A stretch of DNA of 64,000 nt from Candidatus Melainabacteria bacterium 17Bon1m (GCA_032128875.1 JAVLKG010000003.1:385008-449007); one strand, 5' to 3'; positions 37,484 through 46,836 are shown, counted from the stretch's first letter. The notes: generated from the letters alone by a model not told the origin. Numbers and translations are program-made.

Positions 37484-40400
37484 ATGACAGTTGAAGCTGC
37501 TGAAAATCCAAAGGTCAAGCAAAGGGACGTTCCTCCCGTAGAAGAGCGCTCGCCTGTAGCCTGCGAGACGGATCTCTCCAAGAATCAGACGACCAAGAAG
37601 GAAGAAGTCTGCACGGCTCCGCTTCCGCCGATGACCATTATGGATTCGTCCAATCCGGCTAGGCCCGCCCTGACTGATGCTGCAGTAGCCACGGCAACGA
37701 ATGAAGCCAGAGACGCACTCAACCCTGGATTTCTAGGTTCTAAAAAGCCGGAAGTCTTGAAGGACATTCTCGGACCGATGAACGCAAGCGACATGCAGCG
37801 TTTTGAGCGTGCCTATGACAAACCCGGCGAAGCGCCAGGACAGTTCAGAAGAGAGCTGCGTGAAAAGTTGCCTGCGGACCAGTTTCGTGAAATTGAAGCT
37901 CTGCTCGACAGGCGTGACGGCAAAGCGAATGTGATAGGAACTATCGCGACCTCACTCGAGGTTGCTCGCACCGGACGCGGGTTGCCGACTGAGAACCAGG
38001 AGAGAGCTGGAAGCATGTTGCGAGCAGCGGTCGGGACTTTGAACTCGACCGAACTAGCCCAGATGAAGAAAGACTGGGATACGCGTTATGGAAAAGAGTA
38101 CGGAACTTTTGACCAGGCGGTCGCAAACTCCAACCTGTCGGATCGGGACAAGGCATTGATGACCGGCATCTACTCCAAAGGAGTGGAACAGCGCACAGCG
38201 CAAGACATTCAAGACGCTGCTAAGTTGATCATAAACAGCTACAACCAGGAGTACACAAGCGAAAGCAAGGGGCAGGTTCTCCGCCAATTGGCAGATGTTC
38301 TTGGCGGTGACAATCCGCAAGCCATTGCTGCCCGTCGCGCTCTTCGCGAAGATCCTGAGTTTGTCAAAAACTATCAGAATGCTTTTGAAAACAGCTGGGG
38401 CGCAAGCAAAACAGAAGTGAAGGTCGCCAAAGATTTGCTTCAAGAAGGTCGAATTTCCTTGTCGACCATAATTGAGGGCGATACCCAAACTCTTGGTCGC
38501 TTCTTTGAGAATCCGGAAAATATTAGCTCTGCTCTGATGCGCGCAACGCCTAGAGAGCGGCAACAGTACATCGACGGACAGAAGCTGGTCGCTGACAAAG
38601 TCGACCCGTCTAAATTGACACCTGCGCAAAGAGAATCGGTCGACTTCTACAACAAGCTTGATGCGACTTTTAAAGATAGAGGTGATGCACGGCAGCAAGC
38701 CATGTGGAGAGAACAGCTCGAGACGGGCGAAAAAGGACTGATCTCCCGATTGGGCGAACATCACTCCAAGCCTGAGTGGTGGCAGGTTTTCTCCGGTGAG
38801 TCCAACAACATGCAGCGTATGGGCTCGACTATCGAAAATATGGATAGTAAAGACTGGGATCGCATCGCGAGAAAACCCGGGCAGCCTGATACCGAATATA
38901 TGCGCAAACTCAAAGAATCGATTGCGACCTATGCGTCCGGTCCCGAGCAACAGCGCCTTTTCAAACTTTTGGACGACAAGGCTACAGCACCGTCCTTCGA
39001 AGCCTCTAAGAAAGTGCAAAGAAGTCTCGCCGAAGTTGCCGCAGACAACGCAGCTCCCTCGGCTGAAGGTCGCACTGCAATTTTGAATCGTTTGAGCACG
39101 ATGACAGCTGCAGATGCGCAGGAGTTGAAAAACAATCCTGAACTGCGTAAACAAACCGACGCTGCTATTGGTCAGGTGAGTGGCGATGATCCTCAAGATG
39201 CAGCCAGAGCGGTTTTGGCTCAAGCCATGGTTAAGCAGATGGCGGAAACTGGGCAGCTCAATGGCAATCTGCCGCCTGAAGCCCAATTTGCCAAGGATGT
39301 TTTGGACGGAAAGTTCGACACGCCAGCCAAGAGAATGGCGGCTGCTGAAAAGCTCATGCTGGAAAATCCTGAACTGCGTGCACGCCTTGGTAGCTTGAGA
39401 GAGCAAGACAACGTCAACACCATGCTGGTTGGAGCGGCGGGGCGTGGCTGGCAAAATCTGCTGCGCGGCGAGCAAATTCCGATCATGCTCAGAGCACAAG
39501 TCGAGGCTGAGTCAGGAACACTGAATAGCTGGTTCAAAGGACAATACGGTCATATCGCCGGCTTGCCCGAATCCGAACGTACACGCTTGGGTGAAATGCT
39601 CAGTCCGGAGCAGAAGAAGATTTTGGATAACGTTGTTAGGCAAAACGGAAAAACCGATTTGGCTGATGACGTTCAATCTTACTTAGTAGGTGACGGCGGA
39701 TCGTACAAAGACTTCATGCAAAGACTTGGTCAGATGAACGACCAGCAGCGCAATGAGTTCTACGCTAATTTCAAGAACAAATACGGAACTGACTTTAAAG
39801 ATGCTTTTCTCAAGGGTGCCGCGAGCCGAGATGGTCTTGATGAAGCAAATCAAAAAGTTCTTGCAAATGTGGTCAAGCAAGACTTCAAGCCCACTCTCGC
39901 TGACGAGCTGCGCGCCTTCACGCTTGATGGAAAGGGCTCTTACAAGGACTTTGAAGCGCGCCTTGCGTCTCTCGATTTTGCACAACGCCAAAAACTAAAA
40001 TCCGAGTTCGATTCCAAATATGGCGTAAATCTAGATGCAGCGTTCTTGCCGAAAGTCGAGGCCGGTGATAAGCAAAAGTACAACAATTTGCTTACAGCTG
40101 CCGAGACAGACCCGCTTTCTGATTACCTCAACCGCGTCACCAATTTCGACAATACAGGTGTGACTCCTGACGGCACGCGGGAAAATGTAGAGCGTTCGCT
40201 TCAACTGAATCGCGAAATGCTAACTCAATATTCTGCAGCTAGAGAAAAGCTTCCGCCCAACGTTCGTCAAGCTCTCGATAATTACTATGCAGAAGCAGTA
40301 AAGCAAAACCTTGATTCTCGTGACAAAGCTGCGAGGGCTGCTGAAGTTGCGATCGAAGTAACTGTGTTGGCAGCAGCACTTGCTTCGGCTCCTTTTACCG

Positions 40401-41851
40401 GCGGTACTAGCCTGGGCGCTCTTTCTTTGACTGAAGCAGGTGCCCTTATAACCAGTGCGTCGCTGGCTACCGGTACTGTGCGAATGGGCTTGATCTCTAG
40501 CATTCGCGGCGAAGGCCGGATGACTGATTCCGACAAATTTGACCAGTTCAAGGCAGGCATGATCGACGGAATGATTCTTGCTTCGCCTCTTCTCTTCGGC
40601 AGAACCGCGGCTACAGCAGAACGCGCACCAATTGTTCGTGCAGAGTTCACAGCTGGAAAAGAAATAGTACCTGTTGTACCAGGCCGCGTCGTCCAAGCTG
40701 AGACGACTGTAGGGCGCGAGGTTGTTCAAGCCGAGGTAACTGCTGGAAAAGAAGTGGCTCAAGTGGTTCCACGCCCAGTCGTTCAGGCGGAGGCCACCGC
40801 CGGCCGTGAGGTTGTGGGAGCTGAAGTTACAGCTGGTCGCGAAGTTGCAGTCCGACCGGTTGAAGTGAAGAAACCCGTAGTTCCTGAAGTCGCAGATGAT
40901 GCAGCAGGATTCCGAGTTACAGAGAACGGCAGAGAGCTGAATATTAGCTCCGTCGATACTCCGGCACAGCGACTTGCCGCTCAGAGAGAAGAAGCTCTCC
41001 GGCGGGCTACTGCGGAGAGAGAGGCGCTTGCTCAGCGAGAGGCACTCGTGGCAGAAAGAGCTGCTGCTGAGAGAGTCGCTGCGGAAAGAGCTGCTGCGGA
41101 AAGAGCTGCTGCGGAAAGAGCTGCTGCGGAAAAAGCAGCGGCAGAGAAAGCTGCTGCGGAAAGAGCCGCTGCGGAAAGAGCTGCTGCGGAAAGAGCTGCC
41201 GCGGAGAGAGCCGCTACGGAAAGAGCTGCCGCGGAGAGAGCCGCTGCGGAGAGAGCTGCTGCGGAAAGAGCCGCTGCGGAAAGAGCCGCTGCGGAGAGAA
41301 CTGCTGCAGAAAGAGCTGCTGCGGAAAAAGCAGCTGCAGAGAAAGCTGCAGCAGAGAGGGCCGCCGCAGAGAGGTTGGCCATGGAACGGGCTGCAACTGT
41401 AGAGAGACCTGCCGTTGCTAGAATTACAGCCGATGCTGCACGCGGTCTCGGTATTCCGGAGGTCGCCATCGCCGCTGCCGCTGGGCGCGTTGTCGACAGA
41501 GTAGTAACGCCTGACGTGCAAGCCGCTGAACCTGTCGCTGCCGCTACAGCCTACAAGCCTTCTGCCAAAGTTGCCGAGCTGGCGAGCGTTCGTCGTGGTG
41601 AAGGTCCTTGGCAAACAGCCGAAAGAATCCTGGCATCAGATGGCCAACGACACGGTGTTGATGAGGTGAGAGCGCTGACTAGAGCGATTCAGGCAGCCTA
41701 CAAAGCGGACAATAACAGCACTGATATGAGTGGTCTCAAGGTCAAATACAATTTTGCCACGAAGTCCGAGCAGACCTTCAACAACATTATCAATAACTGC
41801 CAAGACGCCAAAGTGCGTGCCTTGCTGATTTCCCTTGCAGAAAAGGGTTAG
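37484..41851 (+). CDS. Giant hypothetical protein (1455 aa): annexin-like repeats, hydrophobic hairpin, (AERAA)n helix, LysM-like C-terminus
   Basis: Long ORF, colinear by eye with 42078-46016; see findings. Confidence 0.85.
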   Translation: MTVEAAENPKVKQRDVPPVEERSPVACETDLSKNQTTKKEEVCTAPLPPMTIMDSSNPARPALTDAAVATATNEARDALNPGFLGSKKPEVLKDILGPMNASDMQRFERAYDKPGEAPGQFRRELREKLPADQFREIEALLDRRDGKANVIGTIATSLEVARTGRGLPTENQERAGSMLRAAVGTLNSTELAQMKKDWDTRYGKEYGTFDQAVANSNLSDRDKALMTGIYSKGVEQRTAQDIQDAAKLIINSYNQEYTSESKGQVLRQLADVLGGDNPQAIAARRALREDPEFVKNYQNAFENSWGASKTEVKVAKDLLQEGRISLSTIIEGDTQTLGRFFENPENISSALMRATPRERQQYIDGQKLVADKVDPSKLTPAQRESVDFYNKLDATFKDRGDARQQAMWREQLETGEKGLISRLGEHHSKPEWWQVFSGESNNMQRMGSTIENMDSKDWDRIARKPGQPDTEYMRKLKESIATYASGPEQQRLFKLLDDKATAPSFEASKKVQRSLAEVAADNAAPSAEGRTAILNRLSTMTAADAQELKNNPELRKQTDAAIGQVSGDDPQDAARAVLAQAMVKQMAETGQLNGNLPPEAQFAKDVLDGKFDTPAKRMAAAEKLMLENPELRARLGSLREQDNVNTMLVGAAGRGWQNLLRGEQIPIMLRAQVEAESGTLNSWFKGQYGHIAGLPESERTRLGEMLSPEQKKILDNVVRQNGKTDLADDVQSYLVGDGGSYKDFMQRLGQMNDQQRNEFYANFKNKYGTDFKDAFLKGAASRDGLDEANQKVLANVVKQDFKPTLADELRAFTLDGKGSYKDFEARLASLDFAQRQKLKSEFDSKYGVNLDAAFLPKVEAGDKQKYNNLLTAAETDPLSDYLNRVTNFDNTGVTPDGTRENVERSLQLNREMLTQYSAAREKLPPNVRQALDNYYAEAVKQNLDSRDKAARAAEVAIEVTVLAAALASAPFTGGTSLGALSLTEAGALITSASLATGTVRMGLISSIRGEGRMTDSDKFDQFKAGMIDGMILASPLLFGRTAATAERAPIVRAEFTAGKEIVPVVPGRVVQAETTVGREVVQAEVTAGKEVAQVVPRPVVQAEATAGREVVGAEVTAGREVAVRPVEVKKPVVPEVADDAAGFRVTENGRELNISSVDTPAQRLAAQREEALRRATAEREALAQREALVAERAAAERVAAERAAAERAAAERAAAEKAAAEKAAAERAAAERAAAERAAAERAATERAAAERAAAERAAAERAAAERAAAERTAAERAAAEKAAAEKAAAERAAAERLAMERAATVERPAVARITADAARGLGIPEVAIAAAAGRVVDRVVTPDVQAAEPVAAATAYKPSAKVAELASVRRGEGPWQTAERILASDGQRHGVDEVRALTRAIQAAYKADNNSTDMSGLKVKYNFATKSEQTFNNIINNCQDAKVRALLISLAEKG
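41051..41395 (+). repeat. Coding tandem repeat, 23 x 15 bp (AE[R/K]AA)
   Basis: GCGGAAAGAGCTGCT-type units counted directly; 345 bp. Confidence 0.95.
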
Positions 41852-41893
41852 TTAGACCGGTTCGAATCTTTCTCGCCTCGGTCCTTCGTTGAT

Positions 41894-41926
41894 AGACGCT
41901 CGGACGAAACCGAGTGTTTCATTTTT
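41894..41926 (+). terminator. Probable intrinsic terminator after the first giant gene
   Basis: AGACGCTCGG-ACGAAA-CCGAGTGTTT followed by CATTTTT. Confidence 0.55.
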
Positions 41927-42077
41927 GCCACCTGGCTGTGCTCTTGTCCGGTATGACACTTCGTCAAACGAATGTCATACCGCCTTGTTACTTTAGTGTG
42001 GCGAACGGCAGAACAGTGTTCGCAACTCCCCCTTGCAATAAAGCTTTTAGCTCCCCCTCCCCTGGAGCCTATTTACT

Positions 42078-45000
42078 ATGGCCGACGTTTCAACAGTAAG
42101 TCCTGAAGTAAGCGAAAGCAGCGAGCGTAACAAGGCAGCGTGTGATGCACTTCGAAGTGATGCATCCCTCGAAAGCCCAGTTGCACCAACTACAGATACT
42201 TCGTCCGAACATCTGCCCGCACTCTCATTAGAAGATTGCTCCGCTGCTGACCCGATGCTCCAAGCAAAAGCGCTGGCCCTCAAAGAGTATTTGCATCCTG
42301 GTCACGTATTTGGGATTGGTATTCTTCCGGAAAATGGCATCGAATTTACTGATGTCCAAAACATCTTCAGAAGTATGTCCCCCGCTCAAATGCAAGATTT
42401 TGAGTCCGCGTACAACAATTTGCCTGACACAGATGATCTGAGTACAGCACTCGGTAGACTTAACGATCCTGTGAAGGAAGCTACAATCCATGCTCTCATG
42501 GGACGCACCGAGGGAGAGACAAACTGGGGTGGCTACATTTCCGTAGCACTCGAAGCCGCAAACAGCGGTGATCAAAATGGCGGCGGCGAACTAATGCGTG
42601 CCATTTTTTCAACAATGGACAAAGCTGAAATTGATGCTGCCGGGACACAATGGGCCAACGATCACGGCGGGCAAACTCTAGAGGATGCCATCAAAGCATC
42701 CGGTTTGAGCGAAACAGATAAAGGTCTTTATCAATCTATCTATATGGGTGGTGCGGACAATCGTGATACTGCGGTGACTGTTCAAGCCGCAAAAGATTAC
42801 ATCTCGTCGCTCGATAATGGCTACCCCAGCGACATTCCTCGCGATGAATGGCTGCGCAGATTCGGCGACATTGTTTCGGGCGATACCAATGCAACGTCCG
42901 CTTTGTTGGAAGACCCGAATTTCGTTGCTCAATATCATCGCGTTTTTGATGGAACTCTTCTGGCTGAGGGATATTTGAATGAAGGTCGCATCTCTCTTAC
43001 AGATGTGATTTCGCAAAACAGAACAGTAATCGCAAAGTTGATGCAAGGGGAAGCTTCTGAAGACTTTGTTGAATCTGCTTTGAGAAACGCAACTTCGGAA
43101 GAACGCGTTGACTTTATCGCTGGACGCGCTTTGGTTCAGAGTGGCGCGGAGCTGACCACTACCGAAGATCAGCGCAAAGCTGATTACTACAACAACATGA
43201 TGAGAACGTTCCAGGAAGCTGGCGGTACCGAACTGGCTGCTGTCTGGGAAGACGTTTTGACTCATGGCAAAAAGACTCTCGTATCGGAAGTCGCAATGAT
43301 TGATTCCGATTTCGAGAAGAGCCAACCAGAGCTCATGCACATGATTGAATCAATGAGTGAGGAAGATTGGAAGCTCATTCATTCGGCAGATGGCACTCAA
43401 ACACCCGAGTTGACCGCGTTGATTGATACCATCGGCAAAGTTGCTCCGGAGTTCGAAACCGAAGCCGTTGCAAGATTGCGTGAGATGGCCGAAGCCGCGA
43501 CTTATTCAGATGCAAAAGCTGGAAATTCCAGCTTCGATGAAATCATTGCTCGCAATTCTGATGCTTTTAGCGCTCCGAATGCAGCTGATGTTCTTGAAGC
43601 AGTTAAGAACATGACTGATGCGGATCGCGAAAAGTATTTTTCAAATGAAGAATATCGTGCTTCGGTTGATGCTGTGATTTTCCCGAATCATCAGATCATG
43701 AAGTCTTTCATTGATAACCCTGTAGCGCAAGCACAAATGCTGATGGTGCAATCTATGCTCGGACAGATTAAAGAAGACGGTAAGGCTCCTGAGATGGGCG
43801 TCGTCGAAAATTTTGCGCAAAAGGTCATCAATGGCGAAATCAACAGCTCGAATCAACTCGCCACGCTTGAAGCAGTAGCAACTGATCCTTCAGTTCAACA
43901 ATTGCTCAAGAACTATTTGCCGATGTACAACGAGCAAATGATGCCTGCCAATTCGTTCGAAGAGCACCTTGATGGCTATGATGCACGCACCACAAGTTTG
44001 ACTCAACTGCTCATGAGTCTTGATCCGGATGGTCACAAGGCAAACTTCGGTGCTCTGGTAAACGGCGGCAAGATTTCTGAAGCAACTCAGATGGTTGGCG
44101 ATCTGGCTCCAGTCCCTGGGTTTAGCACTCTTGCAGATGAGACTACTAACCGTTTTTCACCAGAAGATCCGAGATTCGAAGTAGCGCAGAACGTCCTCGA
44201 TCAAAATGGTAAAGCTGAGCCGGAAGACATTGCTCAAATGTACTTGCTTGGAATGGACTCTCACGCAAATGGCGGCGAATCTTATAACTACCGTGATGTC
44301 CTGACGATGCTTGACGCCGCTGGTCCAGAAGGGCGCACACAGTTTTATCAATCGATGAAAGACAAATATCAAGTTGATTTTGTCGAAGCATTTAAGAGCC
44401 GCGTTGCGAGTGAGAACTTGGAAGGCGGATACAAATCTATTTTCGATAACGCAGTTGCACAAGGCTTCAATCTCACTACCGCTGATGAAGTTGCCTTGGC
44501 AGCGCTCGATGACAATGGTGGGTACAGAGAATTCGAGAGCGCCTTGTCTGCAATGTCTTTCGATGAGCGCGATCAGATGAAAGCTGAGTTCGCAGCAAAA
44601 GGTTATGGCGACTTTGATTCCGAATTCCTCGGACTGATTGGAAGCAACACCGCTGAATTAGAAAAATATGGTGCTCTGATTTCTTCCTTCGAGGAAGATC
44701 CTTCTTCCAAATTCATTCAAAGACTGCTCGAATCCAAAGACGATCTTTCCGGTTGGGATCTGGATGGCACTAACGAAGAACTCGTTAGATCTGTTTTGAC
44801 CAATCGCGATGTATTAGCTAAGTACGCAGCGGCTCGTGAAAGCTTGCCTCCGGAAGTCCTTGCTCAAATCGATCAAATGTATGTCGATGCAGTAAACGAC
44901 AACCGTACTTCGAAGGAAAATGTCGCTGCAAAAGTAAATGCGGCTGTTGACGGCATTCTGCTCGTTGCAGCGGTCGCCAGTATGCTTCCATCAGGCGGTA

Positions 45001-46016
45001 CAAGCGCGGTAGCGTTTGGCGCACTAACAGCTGCTTCTCGTGCCTCATTGATTGATGCGGTTAAGGGCGACGGCATTATGACTGAAGATGAGCGCCAAGC
45101 AAACTTCAATCGCGCAATGCTTGAGGCTGGTCTATTCCTGGGGCCTGATGCTGCTATTCAAGCGTTCCAAGGAGTGAAAGCACTGGCTCAAAATCCAGCA
45201 ATTCGCGATTTGATTATTGCCGGCGCAGATATGCCGGAAGTAGCAACTGTGACGAATAAGGCAGCTGCAGTTATTTCCCGCCCGACTGCAGAACAGTTGG
45301 CAGCGATTAGGAGGGTGGATGATGTTGTACCGGAGCAAGTTGTTCCTGCAATAAAGCAACCTACCGCTGAAGAGTTGGCAGCAATCAGAAACGTAGATGC
45401 CGCGACGCCGGAAGAGGTCGTTGCCACCGTCAAGCAACCAACACCAGAAGAGTTGGCAGCAATCAGAAACGTAGATAACGCAGCACCGGAAGAAGTTGTT
45501 GCCACCGTCAAACAACCAACGCCAGAAGAGTTGGCAGCAATCAGAAACGTAGATGCCGCGACGCCGGAAGAGGTCGTTGCCACCGTCAAACAACCAACGC
45601 CAGAAGAGTTGGCAGCAATTAGAAATGTGCCTGATGAACTGGTGATTCCGAGAGGAACTATTTTCCCAACCACAGCTGCTGAAATTTTGGAGGCTCAGCC
45701 GCAAGCAGAACAAACCGATTTCGAACCACCCACACCGAACGACGCTCTGATCGCAATGGCGACTGTAAAACGTGGCGAAGGTCCGTGGCAAACTGCTGAA
45801 AGAATTCTTGCTGCTGCTGGTGGCGGTTACGACGTGATGGAAGTGCGTGCTTTGACTAACGCAATCAAGGCAATCTATGCCGCTGACAGCAATAACCCTG
45901 ATATCAGCGGACTCAAGGTGAATCATCAGTTCATCACTGATGCTAATTTCGAACAATTGGTAAACAGCGTCAGCAATGAAGATGTGAAAGCAGCTCTCAT
46001 GGGTTTTGCCGCTTAG
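42078..46016 (+). CDS. Giant hypothetical protein (1312 aa), paralogue of 37484-41851, with 26-aa repeats and LysM-like C-terminus
   Basis: Shares blocks EGRISL, A(T)xxER, AARExLPP, GGTS and RGEGPWQTAERILA...EVRALT with the upstream gene. Confidence 0.85.
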   Translation: MADVSTVSPEVSESSERNKAACDALRSDASLESPVAPTTDTSSEHLPALSLEDCSAADPMLQAKALALKEYLHPGHVFGIGILPENGIEFTDVQNIFRSMSPAQMQDFESAYNNLPDTDDLSTALGRLNDPVKEATIHALMGRTEGETNWGGYISVALEAANSGDQNGGGELMRAIFSTMDKAEIDAAGTQWANDHGGQTLEDAIKASGLSETDKGLYQSIYMGGADNRDTAVTVQAAKDYISSLDNGYPSDIPRDEWLRRFGDIVSGDTNATSALLEDPNFVAQYHRVFDGTLLAEGYLNEGRISLTDVISQNRTVIAKLMQGEASEDFVESALRNATSEERVDFIAGRALVQSGAELTTTEDQRKADYYNNMMRTFQEAGGTELAAVWEDVLTHGKKTLVSEVAMIDSDFEKSQPELMHMIESMSEEDWKLIHSADGTQTPELTALIDTIGKVAPEFETEAVARLREMAEAATYSDAKAGNSSFDEIIARNSDAFSAPNAADVLEAVKNMTDADREKYFSNEEYRASVDAVIFPNHQIMKSFIDNPVAQAQMLMVQSMLGQIKEDGKAPEMGVVENFAQKVINGEINSSNQLATLEAVATDPSVQQLLKNYLPMYNEQMMPANSFEEHLDGYDARTTSLTQLLMSLDPDGHKANFGALVNGGKISEATQMVGDLAPVPGFSTLADETTNRFSPEDPRFEVAQNVLDQNGKAEPEDIAQMYLLGMDSHANGGESYNYRDVLTMLDAAGPEGRTQFYQSMKDKYQVDFVEAFKSRVASENLEGGYKSIFDNAVAQGFNLTTADEVALAALDDNGGYREFESALSAMSFDERDQMKAEFAAKGYGDFDSEFLGLIGSNTAELEKYGALISSFEEDPSSKFIQRLLESKDDLSGWDLDGTNEELVRSVLTNRDVLAKYAAARESLPPEVLAQIDQMYVDAVNDNRTSKENVAAKVNAAVDGILLVAAVASMLPSGGTSAVAFGALTAASRASLIDAVKGDGIMTEDERQANFNRAMLEAGLFLGPDAAIQAFQGVKALAQNPAIRDLIIAGADMPEVATVTNKAAAVISRPTAEQLAAIRRVDDVVPEQVVPAIKQPTAEELAAIRNVDAATPEEVVATVKQPTPEELAAIRNVDNAAPEEVVATVKQPTPEELAAIRNVDAATPEEVVATVKQPTPEELAAIRNVPDELVIPRGTIFPTTAAEILEAQPQAEQTDFEPPTPNDALIAMATVKRGEGPWQTAERILAAAGGGYDVMEVRALTNAIKAIYAADSNNPDISGLKVNHQFITDANFEQLVNSVSNEDVKAALMGFAA
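45279..45629 (+). repeat. Coding tandem repeat, about 4.5 x 78 bp (KQPTPEELAAIRNVDAATPEEVVATV)
   Basis: Near-identical 78-bp units visible in both DNA and protein. Confidence 0.93.
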
Positions 46017-46104
46017 TACGTTTCTTTCATTTTTCGCATAGTTTATTCGATGGCCATTCCTCGCAATACTGATCCAGCCTCAGATTTGCTCCATCGACAA
46101 AAGA

Positions 46105-46134
46105 AAAACTCCCGGTTTAATTGCCGGGAGTTTT
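46105..46134. terminator. Bidirectional intrinsic terminator
   Basis: AAAACTCCCGG-TTTAATTG-CCGGGAGTTTT between convergent genes. Confidence 0.85.
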
Positions 46135-46155
46135 CAATTTCTTGTTAGTTCTCAA

Positions 46156-46836
46156 CTATTGTTGAGGATTTGCACCGAGAAGCGGGCTGTTCAGTCCGGT
46201 AACGGACGCTGCGGCTGAGGCGGCGTTCAATACTGGAGCGCCAGGATGACGCTTCACTTGACCGAGCAGACGTTGTCCGTTTCTCACAATGGTTTGTGAT
46301 TCAACGAGACGTTGCCCGAGGTTTTGCAAATCGGTGTCGATGCGAGTCAGCACAGATTCAGCATAGTGGTCGGCACCTTCGCGGGTGGCGGCTGCATGCT
46401 CTTCTGCTTCCAGGCGAATCTTTTCAGCTTCTGCCAGGGCTTCTCTGCGCATTTGTTCGACTTCTGAGACTACCTGCTTGCGGATGCGCTCGACTTCAGC
46501 TTGCACGGCTTTGAGAAGCTCAGATTCGTGCAGCATATTTTCGGCTTGCCGGCGAGCGGTAGCGATAATTTGTTCGGAGCGACGCTGGGATTCGCCCAGA
46601 ATTTCGTCGCGGCGCTGAAGGACGTCTCCAGCTTCTTTCAATTCTTCCGGCAAGCGAGCGCGGGCTTTGTCGAGTACATCAAGAAACTCATCAGCATTGA
46701 TGAATTTGTATTTGTACACGCCTACAGCGTCATCGATTAGATGCTCAAGCAAGTCGAGATGTTTATATATCGAAGTTTGCTTGTAGGTCGCTGCAGTTGC
46801 TTGTTGCTGTTGCGGAGATACAGTTAGCGTCGTCAT
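46156..46836 (-). CDS. DivIVA-like coiled-coil cell division protein (cyanobacterial Cdv3-like)
   Basis: LDLLEHLI...LPEELKEA...EGADHYAESVL...VRNGQ pattern; directly downstream of coaD, the arrangement known for cdv3. Confidence 0.75.
   Translation of the reverse strand: MTTLTVSPQQQQATAATYKQTSIYKHLDLLEHLIDDAVGVYKYKFINADEFLDVLDKARARLPEELKEAGDVLQRRDEILGESQRRSEQIIATARRQAENMLHESELLKAVQAEVERIRKQVVSEVEQMRREALAEAEKIRLEAEEHAAATREGADHYAESVLTRIDTDLQNLGQRLVESQTIVRNGQRLLGQVKRHPGAPVLNAASAAASVTGLNSPLLGANPQQ

Noticed and set aside
40220-41614. Alternative-frame repetitive ORFs (SSSFR, KELLR, SAAAL repeats)
   Set aside because: By-products of the 15-bp coding repeat; variation is concentrated at third codon positions of the AERAA frame.
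37484-46016. Phage tape-measure proteins
   Set aside because: No phage structural genes nearby; the annexin-like and LysM-like modules and tandem duplication fit a cellular family better, though this is not excluded without a search.
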